64,000 nucleotides of DNA from an uncultured Nitrososphaerales archaeon (GTDB taxonomy: Archaea; Thermoproteota; Nitrososphaeria; Nitrososphaerales; Nitrososphaeraceae): positions 128,001-192,000 of the forward strand of contig CAVQMO010000003.1 in NCBI GenBank assembly GCA_963713605.1, in the 5' to 3' direction. Below the pieces are notes generated by a model, which was given only the letters and a program-made list of their open reading frames with translations, was not told the origin of the DNA and did not search any database. The position numbers and the translations under genes were made by a program. Shown one piece after another: positions 1-10,283 of this stretch. Position 1 is the first letter of the stretch, and each line of letters starts with the position of its first letter.

Positions 1-855
1 ATAAACGCCTTTATCACCATGCTCTACGTGAATTTTATGCTTACAGACAAGCCTCTATATATCCAAAGTATTAGAAGTCTTACTGGATCTTTATCCAACC
101 CTGATGTGGTGTTTGATTTGGCATACACATCGACAGCAATAATATTCTTCATTCTAACTTGGATTGCTACTGTTCTTCTATTGAAGCACTACTCTAAAAA
201 ACTAGGCAATATCAAATATTGGATCCTTGTGAGTATTCCTCTTGTTTATTTTTTGAGCCAATTCCAACCTTTGTTTCTATTTACGTTTGCAGAGTACCGT
301 ATGTCAGATCCAGTTCTGTTTGGAATTTTCTACACATTGCTCTTCAGTTTGAGCAAGCCTCTGGGTGGAGTGTTATTCGGTGTGGCATTTTGGATGGTGT
401 CTAGAAGCCTCAAAGATACCAAGGTCAAAGGATATTTAACTATCTCAGCGTACGGAATGACCTTATTATTTGCTTCAAATCAACCAACTGCTTTAATATT
501 GGCTCCATATCCTCCATTTGGTCTTGTTACTATATCCTTTATGGGATTGGCTTCTTATCTATTGTATCTAGGCATATATTCGTCTGCTCTATCTGTGTCT
601 GAAGATTCTAGATTGCGTCAGACCATTAGAAAAGAAGCTTTAAAGGAATCTCAGCAGTTTTTAGATATGATAGGAACTGCTGAGATGGAACAAGCAATAC
701 AGAAAAAGGTCGTAAGGTTCTCCAAAAGGACTAAAGCCTCAATGGGGTACGAAACTGGTATAAGCACATCAGTTGATGAGGATGGTATTAAGCGCTATCT
801 TGAAGAAGTATTAATAGAGCTGAAAGACATGAAAAAGAACAATCACAATCATTAG
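1..855 (+). CDS. Multi-pass membrane protein (Nitrososphaeraceae-type hypothetical), probably 5'-truncated by window edge
   Basis: Frame is open from base 1; about 5 hydrophobic segments followed by a charged helical C-terminal tail. Confidence 0.8.
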   Translation: MNAFITMLYVNFMLTDKPLYIQSIRSLTGSLSNPDVVFDLAYTSTAIIFFILTWIATVLLLKHYSKKLGNIKYWILVSIPLVYFLSQFQPLFLFTFAEYRMSDPVLFGIFYTLLFSLSKPLGGVLFGVAFWMVSRSLKDTKVKGYLTISAYGMTLLFASNQPTALILAPYPPFGLVTISFMGLASYLLYLGIYSSALSVSEDSRLRQTIRKEALKESQQFLDMIGTAEMEQAIQKKVVRFSKRTKASMGYETGISTSVDEDGIKRYLEEVLIELKDMKKNNHNH

Positions 856-1210
856 TTACGGGTTTGAAATAATAAAAGTTAGAGAATTGATAATGGTGGA
901 TTGCTCCGAAAAGTTTTCGTATATCACTAGCGATGTCTTTTTAATCGCGCAGCGAAATGTAATTGCTAAAAACTTCTACATCTAATATGGCCTTAATCTG
1001 ATTCAATCCTTAACTGGAGAAAGTTGCAAAAGTATAGGCATCTGAGCATTCAACTGGACTATCCTCTTTTAATCTTGGACTCATTAGAAATACAAAAGTG
1101 TAGGCAAGGCTCACCTTGTCTTTTTCCCCCATATCTTTCTCTTTGACTTTCATTCTCCCAAGTACATCATTTGCTTGTTTGATCTGCTTGATTTCTGATG
1201 CTGTACTTTA

Positions 1211-1366
1211 TTACCTTTCCTGCACATGTGTCGCACATGTGTCACAGTATTTTTCTATGAGGATAGCTCCATCACCTACAGCGAATAATGCTTCCTGTGT
1301 GGCCTTGTTACCGCAGGCTACACAGAATTTTGTCTTATCACTATGATCAACAAATGCCCTTAACAT
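1211..1366 (-). CDS. Small zinc-finger protein, 51 aa (not in ORF track)
   Basis: Manual translation MLRAFVDHSDKTKFCVACGNKATQEALFAVGDGAILIEKYCDTCATHVQER*, with two CxxC pairs. Confidence 0.65.
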   Translation of the reverse strand: MLRAFVDHSDKTKFCVACGNKATQEALFAVGDGAILIEKYCDTCATHVQER

Positions 1367-1731
1367 TGAAAATATTCTTTCCATTCTATTCTTTCACCCT
1401 TACGAAGGTTTCGTTGATTGTATTTCTTGGCAATACTGCAATCATCGCATCTGCAGCAACTATGAATTTCGGATTGTTTCTCATCGTTATATGTAGTTAT
1501 CATACATATAAGAACTTGCACTCTAATGTTAGCTAAAACAGAATAGAATATCAGATGGAATGTTTCGTTCAATTATGAGCATAATGATCTGGGAGGAAAA
1601 GAAGAGTAGGTTTCATCACCATTTCATGGTTAAAAATATCCGCTGTATCTAGCCCTCAATCTCTGAACCGCTCATTTTTCTATCATGCGAAAAGTAAAAA
1701 GACCTATTCACTATTTATCAAGACAGTAAAG

Positions 1732-2925
1732 TTGATCTCCTCAACTAAATTCAGTCAAGGCTTCTTTTTTATCTCAATCGGGCTATCTGTAGCACTACTT
1801 GTGGGTTTCATACAGACTAGTGTTTCTATGATAACTATGGCTAAAGGAGCCATTGAGCCAATATATATGATATCGACTAGAGATATTCTCGGATATGAAG
1901 GAGTGGAAGGTTCTGGATATGGTAACTATTCATTTTCAAATATTAGCGAATTAACGAAGCAATGTCCAAAGGAAATAGTAATCTTCGTTCATGGATGGAA
2001 TGTTGATGAAAATAAAGCCAATGAAAGGTTAGATAGAGTGAAGATGTCATTAGAGCAAAATAACTATGATAATATCTCGTTAGTAGGTTTCAGCTGGGGT
2101 TCTGACACAGAATGGCATGCTGCCGAAGCCTTAGCCAAGTGGAATGGACCTAGACTTGCAGACTTTATCTTTAATCTAATGCATAGTTGCAAACAACAAC
2201 CTGGCAATGAAGAGATGAAGATTAGAGTAGTTGGGCATTCGTTAGGAGCAAGGGTAGTCCTTAGTAGTTTAGATACTTTAAACAAGAACTCAACATGGAA
2301 CAACAAAAACTACAAGGTAACATCTGTTCACTTGCTGGGTGCTGCTGTGGATGATGAAGAAGTATCTAAGTATCCTCAAGATATTCTTGATGACCTAACC
2401 AACTGGGGAACTCTGAAATCGGACTATGGAGTTGCCATAGAAGAAGAGGTAATTAATTTTAGCAATTTGTACAACCCAGAAGATAATATTTTTCAACCAA
2501 ATTCGACATATCCATTTCTCCCTTTCCAAATATATCCTTCATTTGAGGGAGATCTAGCGCTAGGTTTCAAGGAGCAAATACTTCCGTCTACTAAATTGCC
2601 TGCAAACTATGATGAGGCAAATGTAATGAGTGAAATAGTGAATATTAGTGACGCCGATGGATTAGATGCAGAAGTTTATGGCCTCTGCAAAAATGATAAT
2701 CGCTACTGCGAGATCAAAGATGAAGGCTGGGATGATGGACTGTGCAATTTATTTCTTCCAGAACCTTTGAAGCTCTGCCAGGTCAAAACAGGTGATAATC
2801 ATGCAGGATACATAGGATTCAGGAATAACACTAACACTAACACTTCTCTTCTGGCAAACGACGGAGCAATGAATGTAGTGGTAGATCAGTGGAAAAATGC
2901 AACTTTGTCTGCAGGTTTGCGGTAA
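1732..2925 (+). CDS. Secreted alpha/beta hydrolase (DUF726/DUF900-like)
   Basis: N-terminal hydrophobic signal/anchor, HGW motif, GHSLG nucleophile elbow; paralog at 27266. Confidence 0.8.
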   Translation: MISSTKFSQGFFFISIGLSVALLVGFIQTSVSMITMAKGAIEPIYMISTRDILGYEGVEGSGYGNYSFSNISELTKQCPKEIVIFVHGWNVDENKANERLDRVKMSLEQNNYDNISLVGFSWGSDTEWHAAEALAKWNGPRLADFIFNLMHSCKQQPGNEEMKIRVVGHSLGARVVLSSLDTLNKNSTWNNKNYKVTSVHLLGAAVDDEEVSKYPQDILDDLTNWGTLKSDYGVAIEEEVINFSNLYNPEDNIFQPNSTYPFLPFQIYPSFEGDLALGFKEQILPSTKLPANYDEANVMSEIVNISDADGLDAEVYGLCKNDNRYCEIKDEGWDDGLCNLFLPEPLKLCQVKTGDNHAGYIGFRNNTNTNTSLLANDGAMNVVVDQWKNATLSAGLR

Positions 2926-3153
2926 GTAGAACACATAAAGCAGAATTCATGGGAATACCTCGACTAGTAAATCCATCAAATTCTCGAGCATTACAATTCT
3001 CAAGTTCAGAGGTGGTAAATATAATGAATTAATTATATCACTAGTGATGTTTAGCCATCCTCAAAACTGAATTCGAAGACATGTCAATGTTTCGATCAGT
3101 TTGTCTAAATTATATAAACTAGTATTCAAGCTTACTTTATCAGTAGATAAACT

Positions 3154-4215
3154 ATGTCTGTAAAAGAAATTGGAAAAATCTCGATCACAATTCTTATGGA
3201 TAACTCAACAGATTTGTTGTTAAAAAATTCTGCTCATGCATTAAGGAGCCCTTTGATAATGAATGAGAGATTGAATTTGCCTCCTCCAGTGGCAGAACAC
3301 GGATTCTCCGCACTAATCAATATTGTAGAGGACAGCATCAGCAGGAGCAGTAGTAGTCAAAATCTGACAAAAAATACAGATGGAAATACTAATTATGCAT
3401 ATCTTTTTGATACTGGAGTTACCGAAGATGGAGTAATTCATAATGCAGATTTACTCGGTATGGATTTTAGTAATATTGATGGTATTATTCTGAGCCATGG
3501 TCATTTTGATCACGCTACTGGTCTTGTCAATATATTAAAGAGAATATCTTCTAAACGTTCATCATCCATTGATATTTTCTTGCATCCTGACGCTTTTCTA
3601 CGACGATGGTTGGTTTTGCCTGATGGAAAGAAAGCAAGGATGCCGTCATTAGACGAAAAACAACTAGAATCACTGGGAGGAACAATACATAAATCTGATA
3701 AGGCTACTACTCTTCCTACTAAAGAAAATCCTTTTCTCTTAATGACCGGTCAGATACCAAGGAAGACACGCTTTGAAAAAGGATTTCCATATCAATATGC
3801 AGAAAACTCTGACAATGATGATAGTGATGATAATCATCCTAATGAAAAAAAGAATCTAAATCTCGTTCCAGATCCATTGGTTAAAGATGATCAAGCAATA
3901 ATAGTAAATCTCAGAAAAAAGGGATTGGTTGTTCTGACTGGTTGTGGTCATGCAGGTATTATAAATACCTTAAACTATGCTAAAGATTTAACAGGAATAG
4001 ACAAAATTTATGCAATAATAGGTGGCTTTCATCTTCCTGCTGATGGTGGGATCTATGAAGAGGCAATGGATCCTACGATAGAAGAAATACAGAACACAGA
4101 TCCTGAATACATTATACCTTGTCATTGTACAGGGTGGAAAGCAACAAATAAGATAATAGATCTAATGCCAGACAAATTCATCCAAAGTGCTGTAGGCACT
4201 ACGTTTACCTTTTAA
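3154..4215 (+). CDS. Metallo-beta-lactamase-fold hydrolase
   Basis: AEHG, LFDTG, SHGHFDH, GCGHAG, GGFH and PCHCTG motifs. Confidence 0.9.
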   Translation: MSVKEIGKISITILMDNSTDLLLKNSAHALRSPLIMNERLNLPPPVAEHGFSALINIVEDSISRSSSSQNLTKNTDGNTNYAYLFDTGVTEDGVIHNADLLGMDFSNIDGIILSHGHFDHATGLVNILKRISSKRSSSIDIFLHPDAFLRRWLVLPDGKKARMPSLDEKQLESLGGTIHKSDKATTLPTKENPFLLMTGQIPRKTRFEKGFPYQYAENSDNDDSDDNHPNEKKNLNLVPDPLVKDDQAIIVNLRKKGLVVLTGCGHAGIINTLNYAKDLTGIDKIYAIIGGFHLPADGGIYEEAMDPTIEEIQNTDPEYIIPCHCTGWKATNKIIDLMPDKFIQSAVGTTFTF

Positions 4216-4270
4216 TGAAGGGCTTTGAGGGTTAAAATATATTATTGAAATCTAGGGAATAGAACTTAAA

Positions 4271-4465
4271 TTGGTTTTTCCAAATAAATGTTATTATTGC
4301 ACGACAAAGGGTTTCGACTCGACCGATGAGTATGAACGTCACATTGTAACTAGACATCCAAACTTACCTGGTTACCCCGGTCCTGCAGATATCATATTCT
4401 AAGGTTTAGAAAAACAAGGTATGCCATGGGAACGAGAAATAAAAAATGACATAGAATGGAACTAG
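4271..4465 (+). pseudogene. Remnant C2H2 zinc-finger domain with internal stop
   Basis: Reads LVFPNKCYYCTTKGFDSTDEYERHIVTRHPNLPGYPGPADIIF*GLEKQGMPWERE; TAA at 4400-4402. Confidence 0.6.
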
Positions 4466-4733
4466 TTCATATTTTGATTACTGATGTGACCTAGGTAAAT
4501 CATAATCCCTCCAGAAATGTTCTTGTGCTAAATCGAAGTATACAACGTTAAAAAATTTCTATCAGGTTTTTGTAAGGCATTTTAAGAGTACGGATTGAGA
4601 CAGTGACAAGTTGCATCTTGGCACATATCGATTCATATTTATATTTAGAAGCGTTTCAGCGAGGACAGTGATAATCACTATACTTTTGATCCCTTATATA
4701 CTTATAAAGTATACTTTATTTATTATTGCCGGT

Positions 4734-5228
4734 ATGCAGAAAATAATTCCATGTTTGTGGTTCGATGATAAGGCGGAGGAGGCAGCGAAGTTTTATGCCT
4801 CAATTTTCAAAAATTCAAAGATTGGCGACGTTACCCATTATGGAAAAGAGGGATATGAGATTCACGGAAGGGAAGAGGGATCGGTGTTGACTGTGGAGTT
4901 TGAAATTGAAGGGCAAAAATTTGTAGCTCTCAATGGTGGCCCGATATTTAAATTCAACGAAGCCATCTCATTCCAGGTACATTGCCAGACTCAAGAAGAA
5001 GTGAACTATTATTGGGAGAAACTTTCCGAGGGTGGCGATGAAAAAGCGCAGCAGTGCGGTTGGCTCAAGGACAAATATGGGGTTTCGTGGCAAATTGTTC
5101 CAATTATTTTGATCAAGATGCTAAAAGACAAGAACGCTGAGAAATCAGAAAGAGTCATGAAGGTCATGCTTCAAATGCATAAGCTCGATCTAAATATTCT
5201 CGAACAAGCATACGAAGGAAAACAATAA
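4734..5228 (+). CDS. VOC/PhnB-family protein (3-demethylubiquinone-9 3-methyltransferase-like domain)
   Basis: MQKIIPCLWFDDKAEEAAKFY, LNGGP, CGWLKDKYGVSWQ; start moved to ATG 4734. Confidence 0.9.
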   Translation: MQKIIPCLWFDDKAEEAAKFYASIFKNSKIGDVTHYGKEGYEIHGREEGSVLTVEFEIEGQKFVALNGGPIFKFNEAISFQVHCQTQEEVNYYWEKLSEGGDEKAQQCGWLKDKYGVSWQIVPIILIKMLKDKNAEKSERVMKVMLQMHKLDLNILEQAYEGKQ

Positions 5229-5529
5229 CCAGAAAAATAGTAGCAACTCTGCAAAACGTCGGTGGTGGACAGTTTCACTTATGAACTCGATGACGAATTT
5301 AGTTGGGTAATAATGGAGTGTGTGTCCATAACTGAATACTACGATATAATTTCAATTGTTTGATATCCTATTTCTATTAGTTTGTATTCTATTTTTACAT
5401 TCCAAAAAGCACAATATGATAACAAGTAATTCTTTATCATGCTTAGAAATTAGCTAACAGGTATTTTCTGTTCTAATGCAAATGCATAGAACAAAGATTA
5501 TAAAAAAGAATCTTTATTGGTTGAATTGA

Positions 5530-6387
5530 CTGACTATAAAGAAGAATCAAATTTATCGTGAAGATTGCCTTACCTTCATGACCAAAATGAGGAATGAGAA
5601 GCTTTTTATAGACGCCATTGTGACCTCTCCTCCCTATAATATAAACAAGGAATATGGGGTTTACAGAGATAACAAAGAGAGAAATGATTACCTATCGTGG
5701 TTAAGATTAGTTGCTCAGGCAAGTACGTCTATTTTGAAAGATGACGGCTCATTTTTTCTGAATATAGCTGGCAGACCAATTGATCCAACTCTTCCATTCC
5801 ATGTTGCTAATCAATTTCTAGATTTTGGCTATACGCTACAGAATACGATCCATTGGATTAAATCCATATCATTTGACCGAGAGGATATTGGGAAGAATAA
5901 TGAACTCTATGAAAATGAAACTATTTCAATAGGCCATTTTAAACCTATAGTTAGTGACCGATATCTCAGCGACCTACAAGAATACATCTTTCATTTTAGT
6001 AAAACTGGAAATGTGAAACTGAATAAGCTCAGCGTAGGAGTTAAGTATCAAGATAAAAGTAACATAGGAAGGTGGAAATCTGCAACACAAGATAAACGCG
6101 ACAGAGGTAATGTTTGGTTTATACCTTATCCAACGATACGGAAAGAGAGACCACATCCAGCCGTCTTCCCTATTAAGCTACCCGAACGCTGTATAAAGTT
6201 GCATGGCATTAGAAGGAATATGCTCGTTTATGACCCATTTATGGGAATAGGAAGTACTGCATTGGCCTGTCTTCGACTTGGGATTGATTACATTGGTACG
6301 GAGATTGATCCTCAATATATCAAAGTCGCGGAGGATCAGATATTAGGAAACTTGCAAACATACCTTACGAGAAATGATATTGAATAA
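5530..6387 (+). CDS. Orphan beta-class N4/N6 DNA methyltransferase
   Basis: TSPPY catalytic motif precedes HPAVFP and the DPFMGIGST SAM-binding motif. Homology (NQIYREDCL) extends upstream of ATG 5578 to CTG 5530. Confidence 0.9.
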   Translation: MTIKKNQIYREDCLTFMTKMRNEKLFIDAIVTSPPYNINKEYGVYRDNKERNDYLSWLRLVAQASTSILKDDGSFFLNIAGRPIDPTLPFHVANQFLDFGYTLQNTIHWIKSISFDREDIGKNNELYENETISIGHFKPIVSDRYLSDLQEYIFHFSKTGNVKLNKLSVGVKYQDKSNIGRWKSATQDKRDRGNVWFIPYPTIRKERPHPAVFPIKLPERCIKLHGIRRNMLVYDPFMGIGSTALACLRLGIDYIGTEIDPQYIKVAEDQILGNLQTYLTRNDIE

Positions 6388-6676
6388 AATTGCTCAGATA
6401 AAGAAAACAACTAGATCGATGCTTCTGTTCTATCCTGCCAACATCTACAGCAGAATTCCCCATTGAATTAAAATATTTCTGCTGACTTTTTCTTGCATGC
6501 AATACACGCGCACAATACAAATCGAGCTAATATTACCAACTAATCATAAAAAGGATCCTAAGGTCCGAAGCTTATAACTTTGTAACAGAAGATCTAGAAA
6601 CTAAGCGTAAGAAGTCTATGGTTTTATGACGAAAGGATATGCATTGAACCAAAAAATATGGAAGGAAAGGCATCGC

Positions 6677-6844
6677 TTACTTATTTTCTAATTCCTTTAT
6701 TCTTTCCGTTACTCCTTGAACTTCTCTTTCCAGGTCATCCTTGTACTCTTTTAGCATTGAAACCTTTTCTTCTCTGGTTAAAAAGCTTCTTACCTTTCCA
6801 AAGTCTCTACCACTGCTACCACAACCACAGTTTCCATATGTCAT
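6677..6844 (-). CDS. Small CGCG-containing coiled-coil protein (DUF5320-like)
   Basis: MTYGNCGCG...RSFLTREEKVSMLKEYKDDLEREVQGVTERIKEL; start moved to ATG 6844. Confidence 0.75.
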   Translation of the reverse strand: MTYGNCGCGSSGRDFGKVRSFLTREEKVSMLKEYKDDLEREVQGVTERIKELENK

Positions 6845-6881
6845 ATTGGCTATACGATATATGTAATAAGATGTATTTATA

Positions 6882-6901
6882 TATATCGGATATCCTATAT
6901 A
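6882..6901. promoter_or_regulatory. Near-perfect 20-bp palindrome, candidate PadR operator
   Basis: TATATCGGATATCCTATATA (one mismatched pair) in the 64-bp gap between divergent genes. Confidence 0.55.
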
Positions 6902-6908
6902 CATAATC

Positions 6909-7217
6909 ATGCCCAGATACGGGGACGAAGAATGTTGTGACATGAGAGGGATGTTAGGATTTCTGATCCTTTTTTTACTATCTAAGAAGCCGATGCATGG
7001 TCAGGAAATAGCAGATGAGCTGGCAAAACGAAGAGGCGACAAGCCAAGTCCAGGAACGATTTATCCCGCTCTTAAGAGTCTTAAGTATGCGGGGTTCTTG
7101 CATGAGGAAGAGAAGGTAGGCAAAACCATAACCTATAGCCTTACACCTAGGGGTATGAAGGCCTTCCACATTGCCAAGAGAAGATTTACAAGGACTTTTC
7201 TTGGAGTACTCAACTGA
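6909..7217 (+). CDS. PadR-family transcriptional regulator
   Basis: ILFLLSKKPMHGQEI, PSPGTIYPALKSL, YSLTPRG winged-helix motifs. Confidence 0.9.
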   Translation: MPRYGDEECCDMRGMLGFLILFLLSKKPMHGQEIADELAKRRGDKPSPGTIYPALKSLKYAGFLHEEEKVGKTITYSLTPRGMKAFHIAKRRFTRTFLGVLN

Positions 7218-7547
7218 ATAGTAATCTAAATGGGATAACGTTCAAAGGTTATTGCTATTTGTACCTGGATATATAGCTGAGAAGTGTTGTATTTTGATAA
7301 CTTGATCGTTTCGTCAGTTTGTGTGTCATCATTAATATAACCATACACAACAAACCAATCTCGATCCCCGATTCAGTTCACATGCCAATTCATTTTCTAG
7401 CGATCAGATTTCTCCTAGTATTTATGATGTAAATTTACATATAATTAGCTAAACTGTTATCAAAGTATGTTGATGATCCAATGAACTTCCCATAGTAAAT
7501 GCCGGCAACGAGATCTGGTTTTGCATATTTCTGAAACAGAAAAGTGT

Positions 7548-7601
7548 GAGTGTTAAACAAAATGATATTAGATCGAGTGTTAAACAAATTGATACTAGAT
7601 C
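7548..7601. repeat. 27-bp tandem duplication, 2 copies
   Basis: GAGTGTTAAACAAAATGATATTAGATC / GAGTGTTAAACAAATTGATACTAGATC (2 mismatches). Confidence 0.85.
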
Positions 7602-7799
7602 GATTTTGCGTTTGACCCCAGATGGAACGGAGATTCGAACCTACACAAAAAGGATTTTTTGTTCTTAAGCATTTAGTCTTAACCTTACTATTTCAGAAAT
7701 CTTACTTAGGTTTGGTTGAATTCATCATTCATGACAGAACACTATCATGATTTTCTCATTTAAGTAGATTAAGTTCAACCACATATTGACCATTCTAGG

Positions 7800-7933
7800 T
7801 ACCTGAGATACTCAACCACATATTGAGATACCCCGATGTCTGATAATTCTTTTGATATCCTGGGCCCATTTGAGCGCCTATTTTTGCCCAGAAGAGCAAG
7901 TATGCCTCTATCTATGTTGTCGAAGCTCACCAT
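7800..7933 (-). pseudogene. Lrp/AsnC-like HTH N-terminal remnant
   Basis: MVSFDNIDRGILALLGKN then, in a shifted frame, ISKELSDIGVS. Confidence 0.45.
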
Positions 7934-8574
7934 TAATACCTATGTAAAAACAGATTAAATAAAATTTAATACATAACCGATTCTTGTTGCCTATAAACAT
8001 AATGATACCACCTTCAATATATGGTATTCATGTTAACTGGTTTAACTTTCAAACTATCTGGTTCGATGATGACAAGAACAAAATATTCTCTTCCTTTTGA
8101 TCACTAAAACCTCAAAGAAAGCACAGAACATTCTAAGGAAGTCAAAAAGCTACTTTTCTGTTGATGAAGCAAAACTGTGCAACGATGTTGAAGGTAATGG
8201 CTAGGCAATGAAATTGAAAGATGTAAGAAAAGTGCAAATTACCGAAAAGAAGATTTTGTTGCAACTGTCACACTGACCATGAGTATATATGGATAGTTAT
8301 CGGTTCAGGAATTTGATAAGAGAAAAGTCTGTTAAAAATCAAACTTATGACTATCAAATATATGCCATTCCTTGCGTATTGAGAAAATACGCCTTTTTTG
8401 TTTTTGCCTTACAAATTAAATTCACTTGGAATAATGGATGACAACTGCCTTAACTCTGATATTTAGATTTTTATGAATGTTAATTCCTTTTCGAGACTTG
8501 CAATTGTCTTACATCTCATTTCTAGTATTAGATAATGTATAAATCATAAAGATGTCATTGAGAAAAATAAGATT

Positions 8575-9966
8575 ATGACAGGTTTACATTCCATACTAAT
8601 ACTTCCATTTTGTATAGTTTCGTTAATAGTGATAACAGGGGAAGCTGATATCCTGGCTGAGAATTTAACTGGTCTTGATATCAAGTCTTTATCTTTTCAA
8701 AATACAGATATTGGAAATGAAATATTATTACTGGATGGTGCTACATTGATTGATGGAAACGGCGGTCCCCCAAAAGCTGATTCGGTAATAGTAATCGACG
8801 ACAACAAAAAAATAATTGTAATAACTAATCAGACTAATTTTCGTGAAAATTCATTGCCATTAAAGAATGATGAAGGTGGATCACAAATTACCAAAAGAGT
8901 TCTCAACCTAACTGGGAAATATATAATGCCTGGCCTTTTCGATATGCATGCTCATGTAGCAGGAGTGCGAAAGAACTCCTATGATCAGTCTACATCCGAA
9001 GAAATGCTTGGAATGCTTTTAAATTATGGAGTTACCACGGTTAGAAATCCCGGGGGCCCTACTAATGAAACAGTACACCTAAAAAAAGAGGTCCTTAATG
9101 GAAATGTAAGTGGTCCTGAAATTTTTACAGCTGGTAGACTTCTAAATACTCCTGAATTTCCTGTACCATTTGTAGAAAAACAAGTTACTACTGACGAGGA
9201 GATTAGAGAGGAAATTCGTAACCAGGCAGCAGCAGGTGTAGATTACGTCAAGTTATACGTTGGACTGAAACCAGATCTAGTAAAAGCAGCAGTGGATGAA
9301 GCTCATAGGCAAGGCATAAAAGTTATCGGACATCTTTATCTTACATCTTGGACTGACGCTGCAAATCTTGGAATTGATTTCTTGACCCATGGAGTCCCCG
9401 TATCCCCTTTCTTATTGCCAGAAGATGAGCAGAGAATCTTTAATCGTACTAGTGGAGGTCCATTCGATCATTCCTTATGGGTTGATCTGCTGGACCTTAA
9501 TAGTATTGAGATTAGACATATGATAGAAAGCTTGGTCCAGAACCAGATACCAGTGGATCCTACTTTGAATGTTTATGAAGCAATTTTTGTTGGACAAGGT
9601 TTTGCTGATCCTCAAAATGAGCTGCGTTGGAGTAAAGTCCTACAACTTACAAAGATGATGCATGAAAGAGGGGTAAAAATCCTATCAGGCACAGATATAC
9701 CGAACTTCGAACTTGTTCCAGGAGAAAGTCTACATCATGAGCTAGAATTGTTGGTTGAGGCAGGTATCAATACATCGGACGTTATTAAGATTGCTACTAA
9801 GAATGGAGCAGAGGCACTTGATTTGATGAATCAGACAGGCACTCTCGAACCTGGCAAACAAGGAGATATCCTAATTCTGTCAGCAAATCCTATTGAAGAT
9901 ATAGAGAATAGTAAGAGGATTGACATAGTCATTTCTAATGGTAGGATTGTAGAAAAATCAAATTGA
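8575..9966 (+). CDS. Amidohydrolase-family protein with N-terminal signal/anchor
   Basis: PGLFDMHAH, GVTTVR, VKLY, GTD and GTLEPGKQGD motifs. Confidence 0.9.
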   Translation: MTGLHSILILPFCIVSLIVITGEADILAENLTGLDIKSLSFQNTDIGNEILLLDGATLIDGNGGPPKADSVIVIDDNKKIIVITNQTNFRENSLPLKNDEGGSQITKRVLNLTGKYIMPGLFDMHAHVAGVRKNSYDQSTSEEMLGMLLNYGVTTVRNPGGPTNETVHLKKEVLNGNVSGPEIFTAGRLLNTPEFPVPFVEKQVTTDEEIREEIRNQAAAGVDYVKLYVGLKPDLVKAAVDEAHRQGIKVIGHLYLTSWTDAANLGIDFLTHGVPVSPFLLPEDEQRIFNRTSGGPFDHSLWVDLLDLNSIEIRHMIESLVQNQIPVDPTLNVYEAIFVGQGFADPQNELRWSKVLQLTKMMHERGVKILSGTDIPNFELVPGESLHHELELLVEAGINTSDVIKIATKNGAEALDLMNQTGTLEPGKQGDILILSANPIEDIENSKRIDIVISNGRIVEKSN

Positions 9967-10283
9967 GTTCAGATTGGAGGAGCGAAACCCTTTGTCCTTT
10001 AAGACTTAGAGAAGCCCCATGAACAGGAAGTGAAATCTGTCCATTTCCAATTCCCAAAAACACTGAGTAAACTTCCCGTTCGGATCAAATTCACCTTCCA
10101 ATTTTCCAATCAAGCTATTCAAAAACGATAGCTTTTGACGACATGCTAAAGAATACGGGAGGCTAACCTCAGCAACATAATCAATAAATGAAACAAAGTT
10201 TCATATGCTGTCATGCAAATTGTTATTATGGCGCTTAACGCTGTGCGTCTAGCTTATATAATACTCCCTTAGCTAAGAGAACT

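Noticed and set aside
7615..7650. tRNA-like GGTTCGAATC on the minus strand
   Set aside because: T-stem does not pair fully and no acceptor, D or anticodon arms can be built.
7548..7826. Possible CRISPR mini-array
   Set aside because: Only two copies of each repeat, no spacers of regular length, no cas genes.
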